A stretch of DNA of 64,000 bases. Origin: an uncultured Pelagibacteraceae bacterium (GTDB taxonomy: Bacteria; Pseudomonadota; Alphaproteobacteria; Pelagibacterales; Pelagibacteraceae). Shown here in pieces: positions 18,747 through 27,705 of this stretch (the stretch's first letter is position 1; each line of letters opens with the position of its first letter). A program made the position numbers and the translations under genes. The stretch covers positions 4,134-68,133 of the forward strand of contig CACBRW010000001.1 in NCBI GenBank assembly GCA_902541745.1. The letters are read 5' to 3'. Below the pieces are notes generated by a model. The model was not told where the DNA came from and did not search any database. It saw only the letters and a list, made by a program, of their open reading frames with translations.

Positions 18747-19304
18747 GGCTTTATCAAAATCTTTAAAAGATTTAATACTCATAGTTTTAATGAAATTTGT
18801 TCTATTTTTGAGCCTCTTAACCATAAATTTTGCTCCAAACTGACCTTTAATATTTTTAAATTTTTTTATTAAAGAACTGTCAAAACCAATAGGATTACCT
18901 ACTCTATTTTTATATTTTAATGCATGTATTAAAAATTTTTTAGAATTTATAGATCTACAAATTTTATTTATATCTGATTGTTTAACAAATGGCATGTCCG
19001 ACTGAGCTATAATAAAGCCCTTATCATTTTTAGATATTTTTTTTAATCCTATTTTTATAGAAGAGGCCATCCCTTTTTTGTAATTTTTGTTGCAGGTAAA
19101 AATAATTTTTTTATTTTTTTTTATTATTTTTTTTACTTCTTTGTGTTGATGGCCAAGAACTAGGATAATTTTATTTACTTTACTTTTTGTTAATACATTT
19201 AAAGAATAATTTATTAACGGTTTATTTTTATATAGCTTAATCAGTTTATTTTCAGATTTCATTCTTTTTGATTGGCCAGCTGCAAGTAATATTGCTTTAA
19301 TCAC
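18729..19304 (-). CDS. mocA: Molybdenum cofactor cytidylyltransferase-like nucleotidyltransferase
   Basis: LLAAGQSKRM..NKL, GMASS, DMP, GNP; located at the end of the xdhC/cox operon. Confidence 0.8.
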   Translation of the reverse strand: MIKAILLAAGQSKRMKSENKLIKLYKNKPLINYSLNVLTKSKVNKIILVLGHQHKEVKKIIKKNKKIIFTCNKNYKKGMASSIKIGLKKISKNDKGFIIAQSDMPFVKQSDINKICRSINSKKFLIHALKYKNRVGNPIGFDSSLIKKFKNIKGQFGAKFMVKRLKNRTNFIKTMSIKSFKDFDKASDFRS

Positions 19305-19981
19305 TTTTTATAAGTTTCTGATACTAATTGAGCTATAATAGATAAAGCAATTTCTGGAGCAGATTTACCACCGAGCTTAATACCAATTGGTCCGTGAATT
19401 GAATTAATTTCATCATTAGTAAATCCAGCTTCGGCTAATCTTTGACATCTATTTTCGTGAGTTTTTTTACTGCCAAGTGCTCCAATATAATAAAATTTAT
19501 TTTTTAATGCGTATTGCAAAGCAGGATCATCTATTTTTGGATCATGTGTTAAAGCTATTAAGGCTGTACTTGAATTTGTTTCAATTTCTTCAAAAGCTTC
19601 TTTTGGCCATTTGTTAATAACTTTAATTTCAGGAAATCTTTGCTCAGATGCAAAATATCCTCTTGGATCTATAATACTTATTTCAAAATTTAAACTTTTT
19701 GCAAAATCAACTAAATATTGTGCAATATGCACAGCCCCAACAATAATTACTTTTATTGGTTTTATATAAGTTTCAACAAATATCTCTGAATTTTCTATAA
19801 CACCGTTTTTTTTTGATTTAAAAAAATTTTCTATTTCATCAGCATATTTTGAAAATTCTCCTTTTGGAGAAGTGCCAGGTAAATAAATTTCACTATCACC
19901 ATTTTCTAAATTTGTAAGAATTGCAAACTCAGTTTTTGATGATTTTTTTTTTAATATTTCTTCAAGTGTTTTAATTTTCAT
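19301..19981 (-). CDS. XdhC/CoxF family Moco chaperone, C-terminal (Rossmann) part
   Basis: GAVHIA, THDPKIDD, YIGALGS, PIGI..PEIALSI. Confidence 0.88.
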   Translation of the reverse strand: MKIKTLEEILKKKSSKTEFAILTNLENGDSEIYLPGTSPKGEFSKYADEIENFFKSKKNGVIENSEIFVETYIKPIKVIIVGAVHIAQYLVDFAKSLNFEISIIDPRGYFASEQRFPEIKVINKWPKEAFEEIETNSSTALIALTHDPKIDDPALQYALKNKFYYIGALGSKKTHENRCQRLAEAGFTNDEINSIHGPIGIKLGGKSAPEIALSIIAQLVSETYKK

Positions 19982-20310
19982 TAGTGTATCTGCTCAATAT
20001 ATACCGCTATCTCTCCACCACATGCTAGACCCACTTCCCACGCGCTCTCGTTTGAAACTTTAAATTCTATTTTTTTACAAGGCTTGTTGTCTTTAATTAA
20101 CGATAAACACTCACTTACAACAGCAGACTCCACACATCCACCAGAAACTGATCCTGAAAAATCTCCTTTTTCATTCACAATCATTCTGCTACCAACTTGT
20201 CTAGGTGATGATCCCCAGGTTTGAATTACAGTTGCTAAAACTACTTTTTGATTAGCGTTGATCCAATCTTTAGCTTCGTCTAATATTTTCTCATCAAATG
20301 AATTTTTCAT
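19981..20310 (-). CDS. XdhC/CoxI family N-terminal domain protein
   Basis: ATVIQTWGSSPR, GSVSGGCVE, GLACGG. Confidence 0.88.
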   Translation of the reverse strand: MKNSFDEKILDEAKDWINANQKVVLATVIQTWGSSPRQVGSRMIVNEKGDFSGSVSGGCVESAVVSECLSLIKDNKPCKKIEFKVSNESAWEVGLACGGEIAVYIEQIH

Positions 20311-20331
20311 CTGATAAAATATAGTTTTTAA

Positions 20332-21117
20332 CTAACAAGCATCAACGGCTTTTTTAGCCTGAGTGACAACTAAACTAGCTCTAAATTCTGCAGAAGCATG
20401 CATATCAGTGTTCATTTCTGAACTATCTAGATCCATTCCATCTATTGAAGAAGAGGAAAAATTACCCGATAGAGCTTTCGACATTTCTTTATCATTATAA
20501 ACACATGATTTTGCACCAGTAACTGCAACGTTTACATCTCCTTTATGTTTAGCCACATATACTCCAACGATTGCATATCTAGATGCAGGATTAGGATGTT
20601 TTTGATAGCTAGATTTTTCTGGTATTTGAAATTCTATAGCTTCTATTAACTCACCCTTTTTTAAAGCTGTCTCAAACATTCCTTTAAAAAACTTTACCGC
20701 TTCAATTTTTCTTTCGTTCGTATGTATTGTTGCGTTTAAAGCTATACATGCAGATGGATAATCAGCTGATGGATCATTATTTGCTATTGACCCACCTATC
20801 GTTCCTCTATTTCTTACTTGTGGATCACCAATTCCTTCAGCCAAACTAGACAATGATGGAATTGCTTTTTTAACATCTTTAGAATTTGAAACTTCAACAT
20901 GTTTAGTTGCAGCTCCTATAGTAACTGACTTCCCACTTACTTTTATACCACTTAATTTTTTTATATTTTTTATATCAATTAAATCTTTGTAAGTAGCTAA
21001 TCCTAATTTCATTGAAGGAATAGTAGTCATTCCTCCTGCTAAAAAAGCAGAACTAGATGAAGCAAGTTTAGATGCCTCTTTACTATCTTTTGCTGAATGA
21101 TAATTAAAATCTTTCAT
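20332..21117 (-). CDS. coxM: Form II CODH-like molybdo-hydroxylase, FAD-binding medium subunit
   Basis: LAGGMT, IGDPQVRNRGTIGGS..DP.AD. Confidence 0.88.
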   Translation of the reverse strand: MKDFNYHSAKDSKEASKLASSSSAFLAGGMTTIPSMKLGLATYKDLIDIKNIKKLSGIKVSGKSVTIGAATKHVEVSNSKDVKKAIPSLSSLAEGIGDPQVRNRGTIGGSIANNDPSADYPSACIALNATIHTNERKIEAVKFFKGMFETALKKGELIEAIEFQIPEKSSYQKHPNPASRYAIVGVYVAKHKGDVNVAVTGAKSCVYNDKEMSKALSGNFSSSSIDGMDLDSSEMNTDMHASAEFRASLVVTQAKKAVDAC

Positions 21118-21124
21118 AAACCTC

Positions 21125-23503
21125 CTATGCTGCTTTTGCGTTAGATTTTTTTAGATTTTTACAAGCCTTCCACACTTTTTCAGCTGTAGCTGGCATAGTA
21201 ACCTCTTGCCCACCTAAGGCATCAATTACAGCATTCATCACAGTAGGTGGTGCTGCTATTGCTCCCGCTTCTCCACAACCTTTAACTCCTAAAGGATTTG
21301 TGGTTGCATGTGTACAAGTATAACCAATGTTGAACTCAGGAAAATTATCTGCACGTGGCATCGTATAATCCATATAAGATCCAGTCATCAATTGACCTGT
21401 TTCATCATACTCTGCATTTTCATACAATGCTTGACCAATACCTTGAGCAAGACCACCATGAACTTGTCCTTCAACAACCATTGGATTAATTATTCTTCCA
21501 AAATCATCACAAGCTGTATATTTTTCAAGCTTTACATGTCCTGTTTCTGGGTCTATCTCAACTTCAGCGATATGTGTTCCTGCTGGAAAAGAAAAGTTTG
21601 AAGGATCATAAAAAGAAGTTTCTTTTAAACCAGGCTCATCACCTTCTGGCAACGGAGATTTCATTTCATCTCTTACGCCAGGTAAATAACAAGCAAAAGC
21701 TACTTCTCCTATTGTTTTCTTTTTATTTGATTTAGAAACAATAAATTCTCCGTCTTTGAACTCAACATCTTCTGGATTTGCCTCTAACATTTTAGCTGTA
21801 ACTCTTTTACCTTTTTCAACTATTTTTTTACAAGCATTTACAATAGCAATACCACCTACAGCTAAAGATCTAGAACCGTATGTTCCCATACCGAATGTTC
21901 CTTTGTCTGTGTCGCCATGAACTATATCTATATTTTCTATTGGAACACCTAATTCATCTGCTGCTATTTGAGCAAAAGTTGTTTGGTGACTTTGTCCATG
22001 ACTATGTGAACCTGTATAAACAGTCACTTGTCCAGTTGGATTAAATCTAACCTCAGCAGATTCCCATAATCCAACTCCACATCCTAAAGACATTACAGCA
22101 GCTGAAGGAGCGATACCACATGCTTCAAAATATGAGGTAACACCTATTCCTCTAAGTTTTCCTTTAGCTTCAGACTCTTTTCTTCTCGCCTCAAAACCTT
22201 TGTAATCTGCCATCTGTTTTGCCTTTTCCATTCCAGCAACATAATCACCAGAATCTACTGTATGAACTAAAGTTTGTTTAAAAGGAAATGCTGTAGGGAA
22301 ATTTTTAATTCTAAGTTCAGTTTTATCTATCCCTAATTCCATTGAAGCTTTTTCAACTAATCTTTCAATAGTATATGTAGCTTCAGGTCTACCTGCACCT
22401 CTATAAGCATCTACTGGCGCTGTGTTTGTATATACGGCTTTTACATTTGTATAAGCTGCTGGAATTTCATAAACCCCAGTTGCACAAGGTCCAAATAAAT
22501 AAGTTGGTGTCACTGTGCCGAATACTCGAGCATAAGCTCCAAGGTTTGCTATGGTCTCATTTTTAAAACCAAGAAACTTTCCATCTTTAGTGACCGCTAA
22601 TTCTGCATGAGTTACATGATCTCTTCCATGAATATCAGTTAAAAAAGATTCTGATCTTTCTGCAACCCACTTTATAGCCCTATTAATTTTTTTAGCTGCC
22701 CAACTACAAACAATATCCTCGTTATAGACATTTATTTTAGAACCAAAACCACCACCGACATCTGGAGCTACAACTCTTAACTTATGTTCAGGAGCTACAT
22801 TTCCAAAAGCAGACATTATCAATCTTGATAAATGTGGATTTTGACTTGTTGTATATAAAGTAATCTCTTCAGATGCTGCATTGTAATCGGCAACACATGC
22901 TCTTGGCTCCATTGCATTTGGAATTAATCTATTATTAATGATATCAATAGAAATTACTTTATCAGCCTTATCAAATGCTTCTTTAACTTTTTGTCTATCG
23001 CCTAATAACCAGTCAAAACAAAGATTTTTATCGATTCCTTCATGAATAGTATCTCCATTCATAGCATCTGCAGTACTTGTGACTGCTTTTAATACTTTGT
23101 AATCAACTTCAACTTTTTCTGCAGCTTCTTTTGCTTCTGCTAAACTTTCAGCAATTACAACTGCAACAGGATCTCCAACAAAATTTACATTATCTTTAGC
23201 TAGTGGAGGGTTTCCAGGACATTTCATTTCTGTACCATCTTCACTTCTGATTGCCCAACCCGCAATTAAACCTCCAATTTTATCATCTGCTATTTCTTTG
23301 CCTGTAAGTATGCTTACTACTCCTGATGATTTTAAAGCTTTATCAATATTTAATTTTTTAATAGATGCTCTTGCATGTGGAGACCTAACAAAAATCGCGT
23401 AAGTTTGATTTGCTAAATTAATATCTGCTGTGTATCTGCCTTTACCAGTTAAAAATCTTTTATCCTCTTTTCTCTCAACTCTAGAACCTACTAAACTTGC
23501 CAT
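21125..23503 (-). CDS. coxL: Form II CODH-like (xanthine dehydrogenase family) molybdopterin large subunit
   Basis: GGGFGSK, active-site loop AYRGAGR (form II; not the form I AYxCSFR), GQVHGG, KGCGE. Confidence 0.9.
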   Translation of the reverse strand: MASLVGSRVERKEDKRFLTGKGRYTADINLANQTYAIFVRSPHARASIKKLNIDKALKSSGVVSILTGKEIADDKIGGLIAGWAIRSEDGTEMKCPGNPPLAKDNVNFVGDPVAVVIAESLAEAKEAAEKVEVDYKVLKAVTSTADAMNGDTIHEGIDKNLCFDWLLGDRQKVKEAFDKADKVISIDIINNRLIPNAMEPRACVADYNAASEEITLYTTSQNPHLSRLIMSAFGNVAPEHKLRVVAPDVGGGFGSKINVYNEDIVCSWAAKKINRAIKWVAERSESFLTDIHGRDHVTHAELAVTKDGKFLGFKNETIANLGAYARVFGTVTPTYLFGPCATGVYEIPAAYTNVKAVYTNTAPVDAYRGAGRPEATYTIERLVEKASMELGIDKTELRIKNFPTAFPFKQTLVHTVDSGDYVAGMEKAKQMADYKGFEARRKESEAKGKLRGIGVTSYFEACGIAPSAAVMSLGCGVGLWESAEVRFNPTGQVTVYTGSHSHGQSHQTTFAQIAADELGVPIENIDIVHGDTDKGTFGMGTYGSRSLAVGGIAIVNACKKIVEKGKRVTAKMLEANPEDVEFKDGEFIVSKSNKKKTIGEVAFACYLPGVRDEMKSPLPEGDEPGLKETSFYDPSNFSFPAGTHIAEVEIDPETGHVKLEKYTACDDFGRIINPMVVEGQVHGGLAQGIGQALYENAEYDETGQLMTGSYMDYTMPRADNFPEFNIGYTCTHATTNPLGVKGCGEAGAIAAPPTVMNAVIDALGGQEVTMPATAEKVWKACKNLKKSNAKAA

Positions 23504-23523
23504 TTTCTTTTTCCTCCTTAAAA

Positions 23524-23985
23524 TTACATTTTTGTTGCTGCTTCTTTAACCGCGGCAACAATATTTTGATATCCTGTACATCTGCAAATATTTCCTTCTA
23601 ACCAATCTCTAATTTCTGTATCTGATGGTTTTTTGTTTTTTTGCAAAAGATCAACTGCGCTCATAACCATTCCTGGAGTACAAAAACCACACTGTAAGCC
23701 ATGAAGTTTTTTGAACGCTTCTTGCATTGGATGCATTTTTCCATTTGTTTCTAAACCTTCAATGGTTGTAACTTTTGACCCATTAACATCAGCTGCTAAA
23801 GCCGTACAACTTTTTAAAGAATTTCCATCAACATTAACTACACATGCTCCGCATTGACTAGTGTCACATCCAATATGTGTACCTGTTAACTGTAAATGCT
23901 CTCTTAAAAATGTAGATAGTAAAGTGTTATCTGAAGCCTCTTTTTCGACTTTTCTTCCATTAACTTCTAGTGAAATTTTACCCAT
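23524..23985 (-). CDS. coxS: 2x[2Fe-2S] small subunit
   Basis: [21 protein letters not shown]; SD AGGAG. Confidence 0.92.
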   Translation of the reverse strand: MGKISLEVNGRKVEKEASDNTLLSTFLREHLQLTGTHIGCDTSQCGACVVNVDGNSLKSCTALAADVNGSKVTTIEGLETNGKMHPMQEAFKKLHGLQCGFCTPGMVMSAVDLLQKNKKPSDTEIRDWLEGNICRCTGYQNIVAAVKEAATKM

Positions 23986-24081
23986 AATCTCTCCTTTAAT
24001 TAATATCTTTACCCATCAAGATTTAATCATTTTGAGAATGTAAAGGCAACTATCAAATTTAAACTCTAGTAAAACTAGAAT

Positions 24082-24648
24082 TTATTTTAAAAACATCCAA
24101 TAAATTAAGAAAATTCCTAGAACTACTGCGGCAGTTAAATATCTATAATTAATTTTTGATACAGGTACTTTTTGATCGTCGGATTCAGCTATCTCAATTG
24201 ATTCATTTTTTTCAAAAGAAATTAATTCAGAAAATTTACCAAAAAATATATCTGCCATTTTTTTTGCTGTCATATCTATAAGTCGTGAACCTACTTGTGC
24301 AATTTTACCGCCTACTTGTGCTTCAACGGAATAAATTAAATTTGTTCCATTGTCTGTATCCTCAAGTTTAACTTCAGCTTCTCCTGAAGCAAAGCCAACT
24401 AGAGAGTTTCCAGATCCTAATATCTTATAGCTGTTAGGAGGATTTAAATCTTTTAATTCAATGTCACCAGAAAAGGTTGCATTAAAAGGTCCAATTTTAT
24501 TTGTAGCTTTTGCAGAAAATTCAGTATCAGATTTTTTATTAAATTCTTCACATCCCGGGATTGCTTGTTTTAGTATTTCTGGATCATTTAATGCTTCCCA
24601 AACTTTTTGTTTTTCTAAATTAATTTTATAAGATCCTGTTAATTTCAT
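24082..24648 (-). CDS. coxG: CoxG (SRPBCC family) with C-terminal membrane anchor
   Basis: VWEALNDP..IPGC, VGGKIAQVGSRLID, C-terminal TM helix. Confidence 0.9.
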   Translation of the reverse strand: MKLTGSYKINLEKQKVWEALNDPEILKQAIPGCEEFNKKSDTEFSAKATNKIGPFNATFSGDIELKDLNPPNSYKILGSGNSLVGFASGEAEVKLEDTDNGTNLIYSVEAQVGGKIAQVGSRLIDMTAKKMADIFFGKFSELISFEKNESIEIAESDDQKVPVSKINYRYLTAAVVLGIFLIYWMFLK

Positions 24649-24669
24649 AAATTAAACATATAATAAATT

Positions 24670-24915
24670 ATGGACGAAAATACAAAAAAAGAATTACAAT
24701 CTGCAGCTTTTGAAAGATTAATTTCTCATCTTAGAGAAAGAAAAGATGTACAAAATATTGATCTAATGAATCTTGCGGGTTTTTGTAGGAACTGTCTTTC
24801 TAAATGGTACCGAGAAGAAGCTGGAAAGAAAGGTATAGAAATTTCTGATCCTGATGCAAGAGAACATGTTTACGGGATGCCTTATTCTGAATGGAAAGAT
24901 AAATATCAAAAATAA
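24670..24915 (+). CDS. DUF1244 family protein
   Basis: DVQNIDLMNLAGFCRNCL and YGMPY.EWK signature. Confidence 0.88.
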   Translation: MDENTKKELQSAAFERLISHLRERKDVQNIDLMNLAGFCRNCLSKWYREEAGKKGIEISDPDAREHVYGMPYSEWKDKYQK

Positions 24916-25416
24916 TTATTTTTCTTTAAGTCTAGGGAATAATTCTACAAAATTACAAGGTTTATGATTAACGTCTAATTGATGCTTTAATATTCCATCC
25001 CACGCATCAGTTACACCGCCTGAGGATCCTGGTAATGCAAATATATATTTACCATTAGATAAAGCTGCACAAGCTCTAGATTGTATAGACGATGTTCCAA
25101 CTGTTTTTAGACTTATTGTTCTAAAAACCTCTCCAAATCCAGGTATATGTTTATCTGCAATTTCATTAACTGCTTCAGGAGTTATATCTCTTCCAGTAAG
25201 ACCTGTTCCTCCAGTAGTAATAATAACGTCTATATCTTTTTGATTAGTCCATTCTTTTAAAATTTTTACAATATCTTCTTTATTGTCTTTACAAATTTTT
25301 CGATCAATTAATTGATGTTTTGCTTCTTTAATTTTTTCAACTAAGATTGCACCCGATTTATCATTATCAAATGTTCTTGTATCTGTTACAGTTAATAAAG
25401 CTATATTTACATCCAT
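24916..25416 (-). CDS. moaB: Molybdenum cofactor biosynthesis protein B (MogA/MoaB family)
   Basis: TTGGTG.TGRD.TPEA, PGFGE, QSRA, LPGS, PCNF. Confidence 0.92.
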   Translation of the reverse strand: MDVNIALLTVTDTRTFDNDKSGAILVEKIKEAKHQLIDRKICKDNKEDIVKILKEWTNQKDIDVIITTGGTGLTGRDITPEAVNEIADKHIPGFGEVFRTISLKTVGTSSIQSRACAALSNGKYIFALPGSSGGVTDAWDGILKHQLDVNHKPCNFVELFPRLKEK

Positions 25417-25425
25417 AATTTAAAA

Positions 25426-26172
25426 ATGATTATATTATCAATTCTTTTCTTTGTAACTGCATTAATATACTCAAGTGTTGGTTTTGGTGGCGGCTCAACA
25501 TATCTTGCAATACTTTTAATTTGGGGTGTACCTTACACAATATTTCCCGTTATAGCTCTTGTATGTAATATTATTGTTGTATCTGGTAATTCTATCAATT
25601 TTATAAGATCTAAAAATATAAATATTAATTTACTTTTTCCTTACTTAATTGGCTCTATTCCTTTTGCATTTATTGGAGGATCAATAACAATTGAAAAAAG
25701 TTTATTTGAGATTTTATTATTTTGTGTTTTGTTGATTGCAGGGATTTTTTTATTAATTGAGAGTAAATCTTTTAATAAAGAGCAAATTAAAATTAACAAA
25801 ATACCAAGATTAATCTCAATTTCTATTGGATCAATAATTGGCTTTATCTCAGGTATAGTGGGAATTGGTGGAGGAATTTTTTTAAGCCCTTTTTTATTTT
25901 TAATGAAAGCTGGATACCCTAGACATATCACAAGTAGTGCATCTTTATTTATATTAATCAATTCTATCTTTGGAATAGTTGGACAGCTGACAAAAGATCA
26001 AGTTTTAGATCAAGTTATTACCTACTGGCCATTATTTTTATCGGTACTTATTGGAGGACAAATTGGTAGCGTGTTAAACATTAAATTTTTATCGAACAAA
26101 ATATTAGCTCTACTAACTTCTTTTCTTGTAATTTTTGTCGCAATAAGAATGGGAATTAAACTAATAGCTTAA
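25426..26172 (+). CDS. TauE/SafE (TSUP) family anion permease
   Basis: Duplicated G(F/I)GGG motifs, about 8 TM helices. Confidence 0.85.
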   Translation: MIILSILFFVTALIYSSVGFGGGSTYLAILLIWGVPYTIFPVIALVCNIIVVSGNSINFIRSKNININLLFPYLIGSIPFAFIGGSITIEKSLFEILLFCVLLIAGIFLLIESKSFNKEQIKINKIPRLISISIGSIIGFISGIVGIGGGIFLSPFLFLMKAGYPRHITSSASLFILINSIFGIVGQLTKDQVLDQVITYWPLFLSVLIGGQIGSVLNIKFLSNKILALLTSFLVIFVAIRMGIKLIA

Positions 26173-26185
26173 TATTGAATAAATT

Positions 26186-26207
26186 TGCTTTTAATATATT
26201 TAAAGCA
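26186..26207. promoter_or_regulatory. 22-bp near-perfect palindrome, candidate operator
   Basis: TGCTTTTAATATATTTAAAGCA, 10 of 11 pairs, ending 2 nt before ATG 26210. Confidence 0.5.
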
Positions 26208-26209
26208 TT

Positions 26210-26800
26210 ATGAAAAATATTAAGCCTTTTGGTCCATCAATAGGAAAGACAAAAATTTCAAAGAAATTTTTAGATATCTTAAATAAAGAGATTGATAATA
26301 AAGTTTTAACAAAAAAAAATGATTATAGCTCCAAACTAGCTAGTCAAATTAAAAAAGAAATTAAAATTTCTGATAATTTCATAAAAAAAAAATTAGAAAG
26401 AGAAATAAAAAAAAATGTCAAAAATTTTCTAAAAAATGAAAAGATTAAAAAAGTTAAAGATATAAAAATATTAAATTTATGGGTAGTTAGTCAATTTAAA
26501 GATGAATATAACCCTATTCATTATCATGATGGAGATATATCTGGTGTGGGTTATTTAAAAGTTCCAAATGGTATGACTAAAAATAAATTTTTAAAAAACA
26601 AAAAAGATAAGACTAATGGTACAATTGATTTTATAAACGGTCAAAGGGGGTTTTTAAGCAGAAGTATTTTTAATATTGTGCCTAAAAAAAGAGACTTAAT
26701 AATTTTTCCAAACTATTTAATGCATACTGCATACCCATTTAATATCAATGCTGAAAGAAGATCTTTTTCTTTTAATGCTAAAATCATTTTTAGAAAATAA
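26210..26800 (+). CDS. Putative 2OG-Fe(II) oxygenase (HxH...H type)
   Basis: YNPIHYH, ISGVGY, IFPNYLMH, RRSFSFN. Confidence 0.8.
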   Translation: MKNIKPFGPSIGKTKISKKFLDILNKEIDNKVLTKKNDYSSKLASQIKKEIKISDNFIKKKLEREIKKNVKNFLKNEKIKKVKDIKILNLWVVSQFKDEYNPIHYHDGDISGVGYLKVPNGMTKNKFLKNKKDKTNGTIDFINGQRGFLSRSIFNIVPKKRDLIIFPNYLMHTAYPFNINAERRSFSFNAKIIFRK

Positions 26801-27705
26801 TGATTAACAAAGATTTTTTTAAAAAAATTAGAATATTAGATGGAGGAATGGGTCAAGAATTACTTGCAAGAGGGATGAGGCCAAATTCAACTTTATGGAG
26901 TGCTAATGCAATATTAGATGAAAATTATCATCAACTTGTTTTAGACACACATATTGATTTCATAAAAGCTGGTGCAGAAATCATTGTCACAACGACTTTT
27001 GCTACAAGGCAAAAACGTTTAAAAGAGAATAATCTTTTAGATAAATTTGAATATTTAAATCAAAAAGCAGGTGAAATTGCTCAAACAGCAAAACGAAAAT
27101 TTCCCAACACTTATATTGCTGGTGGTATACCTCCGCAAAATTTAACTTATGAAGCAGATGATAGAGATGAGGTCGAAATTATTGAAAACTTTAATAGTCA
27201 AGCAAAAGCGTTAAATCCATATGTTGATTTTTTTTACTTTGATGTTTGGAGTAGTGTTAAAGAGGTTAAGTGTGGAATTGAAGCTATAAAAGAATTTAAA
27301 AAACCATATTTAATTGGATTACATGTATCTGAAGGAACAACTTTACCTAGTGGGGAAAAGATCAAAAATGTCAAAAAAATAATTGATGAAAACGCTCTTG
27401 GAGTGCTGTTGTCTTGTGTTTCTCCCGAAAATTTTGAAAAAAACTTAAATGAATTAAAAAGTTTAAATATACCATTTGGTTTCAAATTAAATGGTTTTAT
27501 TACCACTAAACTAAGAGAAAGTTACACATCAGTTTTTTTAGGTAAAAAATCTAATCCAAATGAAATTTTAGGGAAAAGACAAGATTTGACACCAATTAGA
27601 ATTCAAGAAATTGCTAAAAAATTTAAAGACGCTGGGGCAACTATTCTTGGGGGATGCTGTGAAACAAGTCCTTCACACATAAAAGCAATCGCAAACCTTA
27701 AGTAA
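26800..27705 (+). CDS. Homocysteine S-methyltransferase family protein (MmuM/BHMT-like)
   Basis: ILDGGMGQEL, LWSA, H.DFIKAGA, Zn ligands SC and GGCC. Confidence 0.9.
   Translation: MINKDFFKKIRILDGGMGQELLARGMRPNSTLWSANAILDENYHQLVLDTHIDFIKAGAEIIVTTTFATRQKRLKENNLLDKFEYLNQKAGEIAQTAKRKFPNTYIAGGIPPQNLTYEADDRDEVEIIENFNSQAKALNPYVDFFYFDVWSSVKEVKCGIEAIKEFKKPYLIGLHVSEGTTLPSGEKIKNVKKIIDENALGVLLSCVSPENFEKNLNELKSLNIPFGFKLNGFITTKLRESYTSVFLGKKSNPNEILGKRQDLTPIRIQEIAKKFKDAGATILGGCCETSPSHIKAIANLK

Noticed and set aside
19301-20310. Split xdhC as a pseudogene or frameshift
   Set aside because: Both parts are clean domain-sized ORFs coupled by TAATG; split XdhC is common beside form II cox clusters
21125-23503. 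Calling this a true aerobic CO dehydrogenase
   Set aside because: It lacks the form I AYxCSFR motif and the M-S-L order
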